Shown in pieces: positions 13,670-24,700 of a stretch of 64,000 bases of DNA. The translations under genes were made by a program, and so were the position numbers. The first letter of the stretch is position 1. The number at the start of each line of letters is the position of its first letter. The DNA is from Dipteris shenzhenensis (lineage: Eukaryota), in NCBI GenBank assembly GCA_047967505.1, contig CM106538.1. One strand, written 5' to 3'. The notes below the pieces were generated by a model, which did not search any database, was not told where the DNA came from, and saw only the letters and a list, made by a program, of their open reading frames with translations.

Positions 13670-15555
13670 AGTCTACTCTCTCCCCTCCTCTTCATTTCCC
13701 CTCTCTCTCTCTCTCTCTCCCTTTCTCCTCACCTTTTCCCTCTCTCTCACTTGCGCTCCCCACTCTCTCTCACTTGCCATGACCTCCCCCCCTCCCCTCT
13801 CTCTCTCTCCCCCTCTCTCCCTCTCGCTGCCGTGGCAGCGGCCCCCCCTCTCTCTCTCTCCCCCCTCTCTCTCTCTCTCTCTCCCCCCCTCCCTCTCTTT
13901 CGCTACCGTGGCAGCGGCCCCTCCTCCTCTCTCTCCTCCCCTCCCCTCTCTCTTGCTCTCGCATCTCCCCCCTTCTCTCTCTCCCCCCCCTCGTCTCTCG
14001 CTGCCGCGACAGCGGCCCCCCTCTCTCTCTCTCCCCTCCCCTCCCTCTCTCCCCCCTCTCTCTCGCTGCCCCCCCTTATCTCTCTCCCCCCTCCTCTCTC
14101 GCTGCTGCGGCAGTGGCCCCCCCTCTCTCTTCCCTCTCCCCACCCCTTCCCTCTCCCCCCCCTCCCCCTCTCTCGTTGCCGCGGCAGCGGCTCCCCCCTC
14201 TCTCTCTCCCCTCCCCTCCCCTCCCTCCCTCTCCCCCCTCTCTCTCTCTCCCTCCCCTCTCTCTCGCTGCCCCCCCTTCTCTCTCTCCCCCCCTCCCTCT
14301 CTCGCTGCCGCGGCAGCGGTAGCGGCTCCCCCCTCTCTCTCTCCCCTCCCCTCCCCTCCCCTCCCTCTCCCCCCTCTCTCTCTCTCCCTCCCCTCTCTCT
14401 CGCTGCCCCCGCCCCCCCTTCCCTCTCCCCCCCTCCCCCTCTCTCGCTGCCGCGGTAGCGACAGCGGCCCCCCCCTTCTCTCTCTCCCCCTCCCCTCTCT
14501 CTCGCTGCCCCCGCCCCCCCTTCCCTCTTCCCCCTCCCCTCTCTCGCTGCCGCGGCAGTGGCAGCGACCTCCCCCCTTCTCTCTCTCTCCCCCTCCCCTC
14601 TCTCCGCTGCCCCTGCCCCCCCCCTTCCCTCTCCCCCCCTCCCCCTCTCTCGCTGCTGCGGTAGCGGCAGCGGCCCCCCTTCTCTCTCTCCCTCCCTCTC
14701 TCTCGCTGCCCCGCCCCCCCTTCCCTCTCCCCCCTCCCCCTCTCTCGCTACCGCGGCAGCGGCAGCGGCCCCCCCTTCTCTCTCTCCCCCTCCCCTCCCT
14801 CCCTCTCCCCCCTCTCTCTCGCCGCCCCCCCTTCTCTCTCCCCCCCTCTCTCTCACTGCCCCCCTTCTCTCTCCCCCCCCTCCCTCTCCCCTCCCCTCTC
14901 CCTCCCCTCCCTCCCCCCCTCTCTGCTGCCGTGGCAGCGGCCTCCCCCTCCCTCTCTCTCTCCCCCCCCTCGCGGCTTCCCCCTCTCTGCGGCCCCCCCC
15001 TTCTCTCTCTCCCCCTCCCCTCTCTCTCGTTGCCCCGCCCCCCCCTTCCCTCTCCCCCCCTCCCCCTCTCTCGCTGCCGCGGCAGCGGCAGCGGCCCCCC
15101 CTTCTCTCTCTCTCCCTCCCCTCTCTCTCGCTGCCCCCGCCCCCCCTGTCCTCTCTGCCCCCTCCCCCTCTCTCACTGCTGCAGCAGCGGCAGCGGCCCC
15201 CCTTCTCTCTCTCCCTCCCCCTCCCCTCCCTCCCTCCTCTCTCTCGCCGCCCCCCTTCTCTCTCCCCCCCCCTCTCTCTCGCCGCCCCCCCTTCTTCTCT
15301 CCCCCCCTCCCTCTCCCCTCCCCTCTCCCTCCCCTCCCTCCCCCCTCTCCGCTGCCGCGGCAGCGGCCTCCCCCTCCCCTCTCTCTCTCCCCCCTCGCGG
15401 CTTCCCACCTCTCTCCCCTCTCTTCCCCCCTCCCCTTCTCTCCCCCCTCCCTTTCTCTCCCCTCTCTTTCCCCCCCTTCTCTCCTCTCTCTCCCTCTCTC
15501 TTTCTCTCTCTCTTATATTCTCTCTCTAAAAATCTTTCCTTCACTTTTCTCTCTC
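13670..15555. repeat. Polypyrimidine (CT/C) tract with interspersed CGCTGCCGCGGCAGCG palindromes
   Basis: Almost pure C/T on the + strand, punctuated by repeated full or partial copies of the 16-bp palindrome (e.g. ~14303, ~15072). A short related patch lies at 12145-12390. Confidence 0.95.
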
Positions 15556-15589
15556 TATAATAAAATTTCAAAGAATACAAATTTTAAAA

Positions 15590-15745
15590 AAAGTACCTGG
15601 AAAAAAGTTGAAATCGATGCTTGTGCTTGCTTGTGCTTGCTTTTGCTCTTCCTCCTCTTTTTGCTTCTCCTCTTGCTCTTCCTTGTTGAAATGAGAGAAA
15701 CAATGAGAGAAGGAGAGTATATATAAGAAAAACTAGGGTTTTAAG
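15590..15745 (-). promoter_or_regulatory. Putative promoter and 5'UTR exon of the minus-strand cargo gene
   Basis: On the minus strand: AAACCCTAG telo-box (~15734-15742), TATATATA box (~15718-15725), GA-rich leader, then donor CCAG|GTAC at 15596. A candidate acceptor lies at 11397, directly before the ATG. Confidence 0.45.
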
Positions 15746-15819
15746 TGCTTCTCTCTCATTGGTCCTTTTATAACATTATCTCTCTCCCATTGGCCTCTCT
15801 ATTAGATTATCTTCTCTCT

Positions 15820-16765
15820 CTCCCACACACTCCCATCCTCCCACCCCATTCCCACTCCCACTCCCACCCCCATCCTCCCACCCCACCTCCCCCATTCTCA
15901 CTCCCACGCCCACACCCCATTCTTTCACCTTCCCCATCCCCACTCCCTCTCCCACTCCCATCCTCCCACCCCACCCCTCCCACTCCCACCCTCACCCCAC
16001 CCCCACCTCCCCCATTCCCACTCCCACTCCATTCTCCCACCCACTCCCATCCTCCCACCTACACCTCTCACTCCCACTCCCATCCTCCCACCCCACCCCT
16101 CCCCCCCATTCCCATCCCACTCCCACTCTCCCACCCTTATCCTCCCACCTCACCCCTCCCACTCCCATCCTCCCACTCCCTCTCCCACTCCCACTCCCAC
16201 TCCCACTCCCATTTCCCACCCCCCACCTCCCCCATTCCCACTCCCACTCCCATTTTCCCACCCCCCCCCCCGCCTCCCCCACTCCCACTCCCTCCCCCAT
16301 CCTCCCACCCCACCCCTCCCACTTCCACCCCCACCTCCCCCATTCCCACTCCCATCCTCCCACCTCACCCCTCCCACTTCCACCCCCACCTCCCCCATTC
16401 CCACTCCCTCTCCCACTCCCATCCTCCCACTCCCACTCCCCACCCCTCCACACTCCCACTCCCATCCTCCCACCCTCACCCCACCCCCACCTTCCCCATT
16501 CCCACTCCCTCTCCCACTCCCACTCCCATTCTCCCACCCCCACCCCCACCTCCCCCATTCCCACTCCCTCTCCCAGTCCCACTCCCATTCTCCCACCCCC
16601 ACCCCCACCTCCCCCATTCCCACTCCCACTCCCATCCTCCCACCCCCACCCCCACCGCCCCCATTCCCACTCCCTCTCCCACTCTCCCTTTCTCCCACTA
16701 CCACCCTCCCACACTCCCTTTCTCCACTTTCCCACTCTCCCTTTCTCCCACTACCACCCTCCCAA
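15820..16765 (-). repeat. (CCCACT/CCCATT/CCCACC)n array; G-rich (GGGAGT/GGGGGT)n on the minus strand
   Basis: About 950 bp of degenerate hexamers with G3-G5 runs on the minus strand. Confidence 0.95.
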
Positions 16766-16844
16766 CTATCAATTCCACTATTACTTATGAATTCTAATTA
16801 AAACTATTACTTAAATAAATGATATTACTTGAAAACACTCATAG

Positions 16845-17870
16845 GATTTAAGGTTTAGGATTTCGTGGTTTGGGTTTAGGATTTGGGGTTTGGTGAGTTA
16901 GGGTTTAGGGTTCAATGTTTGAGGGTTAGGGTTTGGGGGTTAGGGTTTAGAGTTTGGTGGTTTAGGGTTTAGGGTTTGGGGGTTGGGGTTTAGGATTTAG
17001 GGTTTAGGGTTTAGGGGTTAGGGTTTAGGGTTTAGGGTTTGGGGTTAGGGTTTAGGGTTTGGGAGTTAGAGTTTAAGGTTTAGGGTTTAGGGTTTGGGAT
17101 TTAGGGTTTGGGGTTTAGGGTTTAGGGTTTGGGAGTTAGGGTTTAGGGTTCACGGTTTAGGGTTTGGGAGATAGGGTTTAGGGTTTAGGGTTTAGGAGTT
17201 AGGGTTTAGGGTTTAGGGTTTAGGGTTTAGGGTTTAGGGGTTAGGGTTTAGGGTTTGGGAGTTAGAGTTTAAGGTTTAGGGATTAGGGTTTGGGGTTTAG
17301 GGTTTAGGGTTTGGGAGTTAGGGTTTAGGGTTTAGGATTTAGGGTTTAAGAGTTAGGATTTAGGGTTTGGGGGTTAGGGTTTAGAGTTTAGGGTTTGGGG
17401 GTTAGGGTTAAGGGTTTAGGGTTTAGGGTTTAGGGTTTAGGAGTGAGGGTTTAGAGTTTAGGGTTTAGGGGTTAGGGCTAAGGGTTTAGGGTTTAGGGTT
17501 TAGGAGTTAGGTTTTAGGGTTTAGGGTTTAGGGTTTGGGAGTTAGGGTTTAGGGTTTGGGGTTTGGGAGTTAGGGTTTAGGGTTTAGGGTTTGGGGGTTA
17601 GGGTTTAGGGTTTAGGGTTTAGGGTGTGGGAGTTAGGGTTTAGGGTTTAGGAGTTAGGGTTTAGGGTTTGGGGTTTAGGGTTTAGGGTTTGGGAGTTAGG
17701 GTTTGGGGTTTGGGGGTTAGGATTTAGGGTTTAGGGTTTGGGGGTTAGGGTTTAGGGTTTAGGGTTTAGGGTTTGGGAGTTAGGGTTTAGGGTTTAGGGT
17801 TTAGGGTTGTTATTGGTTAGGGTTTAGGGTTGTTTTGGTTTACGGTTTAGGGTTTAGGGTTTAGGGTTGT
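16845..17870 (+). repeat. Interstitial telomeric repeat array (TTTAGGG)n with GGGAGTTAGGG variants
   Basis: About 1 kb of plant-type TTTAGGG heptamers lying between the TIRs of the giant element. Confidence 0.97.
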
Positions 17871-18023
17871 TATTGGTTTACTGTTGTTATTGGTTAGTGT
17901 CTAATTAAATTTTCAAACACGTTCTGGATTTTTAAATCATTAATAAAGTAGATTATTGAGAAGAGACTAATGTTCTTTATAATGGTTGTTACAGCTTGTT
18001 TGTAAAGGAAACTCACAAAGGAG

Positions 18024-21000
18024 ATGGCTACAAAATTTATTCCGGGGATGGAGGTGATTTTATGTTGTAAAAGAGAGGTAGTTGCATTTGCTACAATCCA
18101 TGAAAGTGATCCAAATTCTATTTGTCACTTTAGAAGACTTGGCGAAGATAAGGTGGCGGTTATCGTATCAAGGATTCTTAGTGCACATGTTGAGCTAAAG
18201 CATAAGTGTGGGGATATTGAAATCCTTGGAGATGTTATGCCCTATAATACTTCCAACAAAGCATTTATTGCATGGGACAGAGATGAGACTTATCCAACAC
18301 ATGTCATCAGGAATACAAAGTGCATATCTTTGGATTTTAGAGTGGGAGATATTTGACAAATGTTATCATTTACAAATAAGTATGTAGCAGAAGGTCAAGT
18401 CTTGGGATTTGAACAAGTTGAACACTGGACATTTGCGCAGATGAGAATTCAAAAAGTTACTGATGATGGTATGGATGATAACTCAATGTCATTGGATGGT
18501 CCCTACTATGAGGTAGGTAAGGATTTGAGATGGAGCATGCAATTTTTAAAGATTGGAAAGACTCGGCATGTTGTTTTTAATGATAAACATAATGTATACT
18601 ACAACATCAAAGAATTGAAAGAATATGCCAATGTACCAAGCTCTATTCCTTCAGAGATGGATGATTCCAATGCACTCAACTCTAGCACTGATGTCTTATC
18701 AGAAGTCGATGAGTTCATTGGTACCGAGAAAGAAAAATATTTCACAAGTGATGCCTTATCCGGGGTGGATGAGTTCATGCACATTGAGAACTTGGGCAAA
18801 GATGTCAAAAGTGTTATATCTTCAAGCATGGATGGCTTCATGGATACTGATAAAGTTCTTGGAGTCAAAGCAGGTAACTATGGAATTATGGAAATCATGC
18901 ACGATAGTATAATGAGTGATGTTCTCTCTGGAGTAGAGGAGTTTCAAGACTATGGAGTTATGCAATCCATAGAAAGTGCATCAATGAGCGATGTTCTCTC
19001 AGGAATAGATGAGTTTGAAGATCATTCTGGACACTCTATCACCACTGACTATGGAGTTATGAAATCCATAGAAAGTGCATCAATGAGTGATGTTCTCTCA
19101 GGAATAGATGAGTTTGAAGATCATTCGGGACACTCTAATGCCATTGTGACAAGTGGTTCTATGATTGTATCAAAAGTAGGGATGAGGTCAACAAAGGACC
19201 ATTCGGTGTTTGACTTTGATTGTGAACTTGTAAATGTTACAAATGGTTTGACGAATGTATCAAAAGCAAGGATGACATCAACAAAGGAATATTCAGTATT
19301 TGACTGTCAAAGTGATAAGATCAAGGATGCAACATCTCATGAAAACAACATGACAAATAAATCTTACAAGGAGAACTACACAAATCCAAATTAGAATGGA
19401 CAGAAGGTCCCAAAACGGACATACAGATGCATGAAAAGACAACGAGTGCAGGCAGATCCAAAAAAGCAACCAAAAAGAATAAGAGTAATGAATGAAGATG
19501 TTATGCTAAAAGCAATGCGATCTACATGCTGTAAGCATACATGTATGCGATCCATTAACTTACATGACATCAAGGGTTGTAGAGAACATGTCTGGCAAAG
19601 GAAAGGAAGCAGAAGAAATGAATACCTACTCACGAGATTTTCTTGCTTTCTTGTAAATGATAAGAGAAGGCGAAGTTCAGGACATCAAATAAGGCCTCTT
19701 ATAAATGGAAAAAGTATATGCAATAATGCATATCGCATTATTACAGGATTATCACATAACACATATTGGAATTTGGCTAATAAAGCAAAGTATGGAGTTA
19801 AATTTAACATTCATGGAAACATAGGAAGGCCCAAAACAAGAGCCTCAACGGTTGCGGCAACAGCAATTTTGAAAGATCACATTTATGAAAATGCTTTACC
19901 GCAACCCCACCTATCAGAAATGCATCTTCCGATAGGTTTGACCAAAAAAGAAGTATTTAACTCTATTGGAGAAACACAGAGGCAAAGAGGGCATGCATCG
20001 GCATCTTTTCATACTTTGTATACTCTTTGGAAAAAAAGATTTGGACATGTTAAAATCCCAAAGAGGCAAAAAATGTCAAAGTGCAACGACTGTGATGATC
20101 TAAAGCGAGCACTTGAGAGTGCAACATCTCTAGAACAAAAAGAAGCTTACAAAAGAAAGAGAGAATTTCATCATGGACTTGTTCGACATTCTAGAATAAA
20201 ATATGCATTTTGGAAGGAGCAAGCTATTTCTCACCCAAATGAGTACATGTGCATTATTGTAGATGGTATGGATCAAAATACAACAACATTACCTCGATTC
20301 GTTAACACTCCACCTAAGCTACAAGACAAATACTTTTTAAAGACACATCTATGTGGAGTGTTAGTGCATGGATTTAAGTTTTTTGCAGACATATGGATTG
20401 ATTCCTTGCATCTACACGATAGCAATCAAGTTGTAACATCCGTTATGAAGGCAATTCACAATGTACATGCAGAAAAAGGTCACCTACCAGCAACTTTGAG
20501 AATACAAGCAGACAATTGCTGATGAGAGAATAAGAATGTACTCTTCTTTGCATTTTGCTCAATGCTAATCGCTCATAGAATCTTCAATGAGATTGAAGTT
20601 GGGTTTTTGTTGGTTGGGCACACACATGAGGATATCGATCAGGTATTTAGCACAGTTTCAAGAGAACTAAAACACAAGGACATGGAGACAATGGATGACT
20701 TGATAAGAAAATGTGGGAGGCAAGTTGGTGGCCGTAAGGAAGGAACAATATGCTCAATGGTTGAGAGGATGTATGATTGGAAGAGCTTTATTCTACCTTT
20801 CATACAAAAAGGTGGTGATGCCCTGATTGGTCATAGCGCTCCACACTATTTTTGATTTTTCTTAAAGGATGAAAAACCAGTGATGCAATGGCAACACTAT
20901 TCTCTTGATACAAAATGGGAACCGAAGAACCTTACTCTCTCTTAACTTCAATCCTGAGCAAAGAAATGCATCCAACATGGGCTCCTATGAAAGAATTCAG

Positions 21001-21730
21001 CGAGAAATCCAAAGGTGAAATAGAAGGCTTAAAAGCTTTTATTGCATACAAAGAGGAAATGCTCCGGAGATTTCCTGATTGGAAGCCCTCTTGGAAGGAA
21101 CACACTACTGTTGTAATTAGCAAGACCTACCAATTGATAAAGGACCTTGCAAAAATGCGAGAAGATGATATTAAGGCAGAACGGCCTTTATTTTGGCCAA
21201 ATGTTGGTAATGACTTGCGTCCAGCATGTGGTCTCTTTGAAAATGAGTTTGAATCGTTGCTCCCACGTCCATATTGTGGACCCAAGAAGAGAGAGTTTAT
21301 GCCACAAATAGACATAGATGTCCATTGTTTTGTTGCAGTTCGACCATCGGATGATGAACATGAGAACGTGAAGTTTTGGGTTGCGAAAGTAGTTGACGTG
21401 AGCATGGATGACCAGGGGAGAGCTACAACATTTACAGCGGTATGGTATGAGCCAAGGGGTAGGAAGGAGAACCAAGATAACAGTACATTGTATAGTAGTT
21501 GTTTGAAAAAGGAATGGATCCCAAACCATGAAGCAATTTCAAGACTTTCCACAGAGACAGTCATAGTATCCTAGAAATCAAGGTCAAAGAAAACAAAGAA
21601 GCACATGGGGTATGATGTAGAAGACAAAATAAAATTACCGCAACCAATTATTACGCACATTACAGAGTTCACAAAGATGCTCGCCCGGGAGGAAGTAGAA
21701 GGAGATAGTGCAAATGAAGAATGCCCATGA
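18024..21730 (+). pseudogene. Sola-like DDD (RNase H-fold) transposase, ~1230 aa reconstructed, with N-terminal TNP1/En-Spm-like modules
   Basis: ORFs 18024, 18360, 19431 and 20562 are one frame broken by stops, with one frameshift near 20915 and read-through to TGA at 21728-21730. Motifs KCNDC...HH, IIVDGMDQ, CGVLVHG, IQADNC**ENKN, VGHTHEDIDQVFS. AG acceptor at ~17994 upstream of the ATG. Confidence 0.8.
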
Positions 21731-24700
21731 TAACACCATTCAAATATCGAGAAAGAGTGAAGGTGGTGGTGGTTGTCAGATGAGAGTGAATGAAGATGGC
21801 ACCCAAGCGATAAGTGACGACAGAAAGGACATTCTGAACAAGAAAACGTTTGGATCGCTCATTTCTGTGATCATGATAGAAAAGGACATTCAAACAAGCA
21901 AATGTTTGGATCGCCCATTTGTACTAAACTCATTGTAAAGGAAAAATTAAATTATTGAAAAGGCCACAGGAGATCCTTTGTACAAAGACTCATCCAGAGC
22001 AATATTTGTTGTAAAACTTATGACATGATAATGTAAAATTACAAGCATAGCTATCGCTATTTTTTGGAGTACAAAAGAGGCTTCCATCATGTCTCATGTG
22101 TATATAAACCTTTTAATTTCTTGAATATTCAAGAGTGTTATAGTTTTCTGCATTGAAAGTAAAAAGAGTCTTACAGGTCTCTTATGTATACATTTTTAAA
22201 ATGTTGTGAATCCTCAATAGCATGGTTTTTCAAGGATTTAAACTAATAACTCGGATTTTTTATTTTAAGAATATGATTCTTATAAACAAGAAATACAAAT
22301 TTAGGATTTAATAGTAGTTTTTGCATTATTTGTACAACATTGTAGAGAGATATTTTAAAATGTCTTATGTGAAAATGATAGTGCCAGAAAGTACACTTTT
22401 GATTCTCGAATGACAGTTTCATAAAGAAAACTTTTCAGTTGGGAAGGATTTTAAGGAATAGTCCAAAAGTAGACATATGAGTCCAAAATTAATGAAATAA
22501 GTGTTTGTTGTCTTCTTCCTCAATATCGTGATCTCCATCCTCCTCCCGTGCGATTTCATTATGCGCATCTTCCTCTTGGCTCATATGGTGATCTACATCT
22601 TCTTCGCTAGATTCATCAATTGGATCCAGCATTGGTAGTGGCATCTCCATATCCACATCTCGATCTTCAAAAATTTTCTTACTTCGTGGTGCAACTTGGA
22701 TCACGTACCACCATCTTGGATCAGAACGAGATCCGGATGAAAAACCACCTATATTGAAGATGGGTGCCAAATGTCGTCAATTATATATATGAAATTATGC
22801 TCAAGTACATGTATCAATGGACTTTAAAAACGAAAGCTTCGACTAATTAAATCATTAGTATGCACCTGCTCACAGTGCTCGGGAAGAACAAAAGTATCAC
22901 TTTCATCGGTCCAATGTTTGGTGGAGTCTATTGCAAAGAGACCGCTACTATCTTTTCTCACTGTCGCATGGGGACCGTTGTAAGTAGTTCTAAACCATTT
23001 TACATCAAGAATGAAAATAGTAAATCGTCTGAAATCAATTTCATAGATGTCGCGTATGGTTCCATAATAATCCAACTATGAGGAGAGAAGATTGGTATCT
23101 GAAGCACTTGCTCGGCTATTTTGTGTGAAGTTAGCCATGACTCCACAATCATACGTGACTCTCTTTGAATCGATGCGTTCCACGCGAAAATGTCGTCCAT
23201 ATGACCATAATGCACTGTACTTTTTGTACTGTAAAAGAGCATCATTAAAACAATGAAGATGCATATATTTTATAGCATATATTGCCACAAATAATTACTT
23301 AATTACATCAAGAGGTAAGAAACTTACATGCATCATACATCCAGATGATAACTCTCGCTCGCGCTCGTTTATTGTCTCTCCATCACGTTCGGCTTTACGT
23401 AGAGCCAGTTGTAGCCAATCAAGTGACATGTGAGTAGGGAGAAGAGCCAGATCCTGTGGATATGGTTGTGATCGCCTGTACATTACTCTGAATATCGTCC
23501 TTGCATTTATTCTTTTTGCTTTGGCCACTTCATATCTCAATCCACTTTTGCATCTCAGGGCTATTGAGGATACAAAACTTATTGAATTTCTCCATTTGCT
23601 CTTCGCTCATCTTTCTTTCAATCCCTTTTCCTTGGGGAACCTCGCCAACGATGTGATCATCATCCTTGTTGTGCCAAGCTTGCAGCATATCAGGATCCGT
23701 GGATGCAAGAAACTCTGTGATATATACTAATGACTCTTGCACAAGCCATCCCTCTGCCATGCTTGCTTCCGGTCTTGCTCTTTGTCTTACAAACCCCTTT
23801 AAAGTTTTCATAAACCGCTCGAGAAAAAACATCCATCGATTATGAACGGTACCTGCTATAGCCACCTCATCAACTATGTGCACAAGCAAGTGGACTTGAG
23901 TTGTCATAATGCTCGAGGGAAAGTGCTTCTCAAGCAAGCATATGGCTTCGATGGATTCCACCCTAGCCTTCTCGATGCTCAATATAGAGATCTCTTTTTG
24001 AGATATCCACCTATTTCACATGTCCATGCATATGTAAGATATTTGAGATATCCACCTGTTTCACATGTCCATGAAGAAAATACATAATGCAATTTGATAG
24101 TAAGCATACCTCACAATACCACAGATCTTGAATATAGCATTTCTAACATCTTCTTGTAAGCACCCTTTTATTGTAATTGGGAGGATGAACTATCAAAGCA
24201 ACAATGAAGTCATGTCAACAATATAACATAATAATAATTACGCTAACGCATCACGATTATCGGTACACTAATTCTACTTAGAATACCTATAAGACCTTGT
24301 GCCAATCATGGGACTTGAGCCCACTAAGCTTATTGTCCTTTGAAAATGCTCCTTTCAAGCAACGCATGTACCCTGTCAGTGTTTGAAAAGAGGCAATATC
24401 TGCCTTGACCACTGCCTCCTCCCTCGTAGAGAGGATCCACGTTGCTTTCAGGAGGACAACTTTTCCCGAATCATGCACTTGGGGCCACAAACGAGACATC
24501 CTATTCATAGCACGCAAGTCTTCTCACACTCCTCTCGAGTCCTTGGAACCAACCAAGTGTGCCCAAATAGTAGCCCCCACATTCTTGAAGATATGCATGG
24601 GATCCAAGAGATGATTGATTTGTAACTGACCCCAATAAGGAAGCTCCTGAAAGATTGATAGCCTCTTCATACCAGGAGGAGGTTCCTCTCCATTCGCCCT

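Larger units (their letters stand above)
3404..22505 (+). mobile_element. Giant 19,102-bp TIR DNA transposon, Sola-like DDD transposase, 4-bp TSD (TGTT)
   Basis: Left TIR AACACTTATTTCATTAATTTTCGACT (3404-3429) matches the reverse complement of 22480-22505 at 25/26. TGTT at 3400-3403 and 22506-22509. The empty site with a single TGTT is in copy B (~53831-53834). Shared subterminal TACTTTTGGACTA at 3458-3470 and inverted at 22459-22471. Confidence 0.95.

Noticed and set aside
13750-15400. CRISPR-like array of palindromic repeats
   Set aside because: Spacers are low-complexity and variable in length, the context is eukaryotic, and there are no cas-like genes.
13673-16797. Long Pro/Ser/Leu- or Gly/Glu/Arg-rich ORFs (up to 593 aa)
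   Set aside because: Artefacts of stop-poor C/T and CCCACT repeats; open in several frames on both strands.
16845-17870. True chromosome end or telomere fusion scar
   Set aside because: The array is internal, degenerate, enclosed by TIRs and a TSD, and not in fusion orientation.
20615-20645. GHTHED as an HUH endonuclease motif (Helitron/Replitron)
   Set aside because: The context is DGMDQ/DNC/HEDID acidic triad with TIRs and a TSD, which fits cut-and-paste DDD chemistry; no helicase or catalytic Tyr motif recognised.
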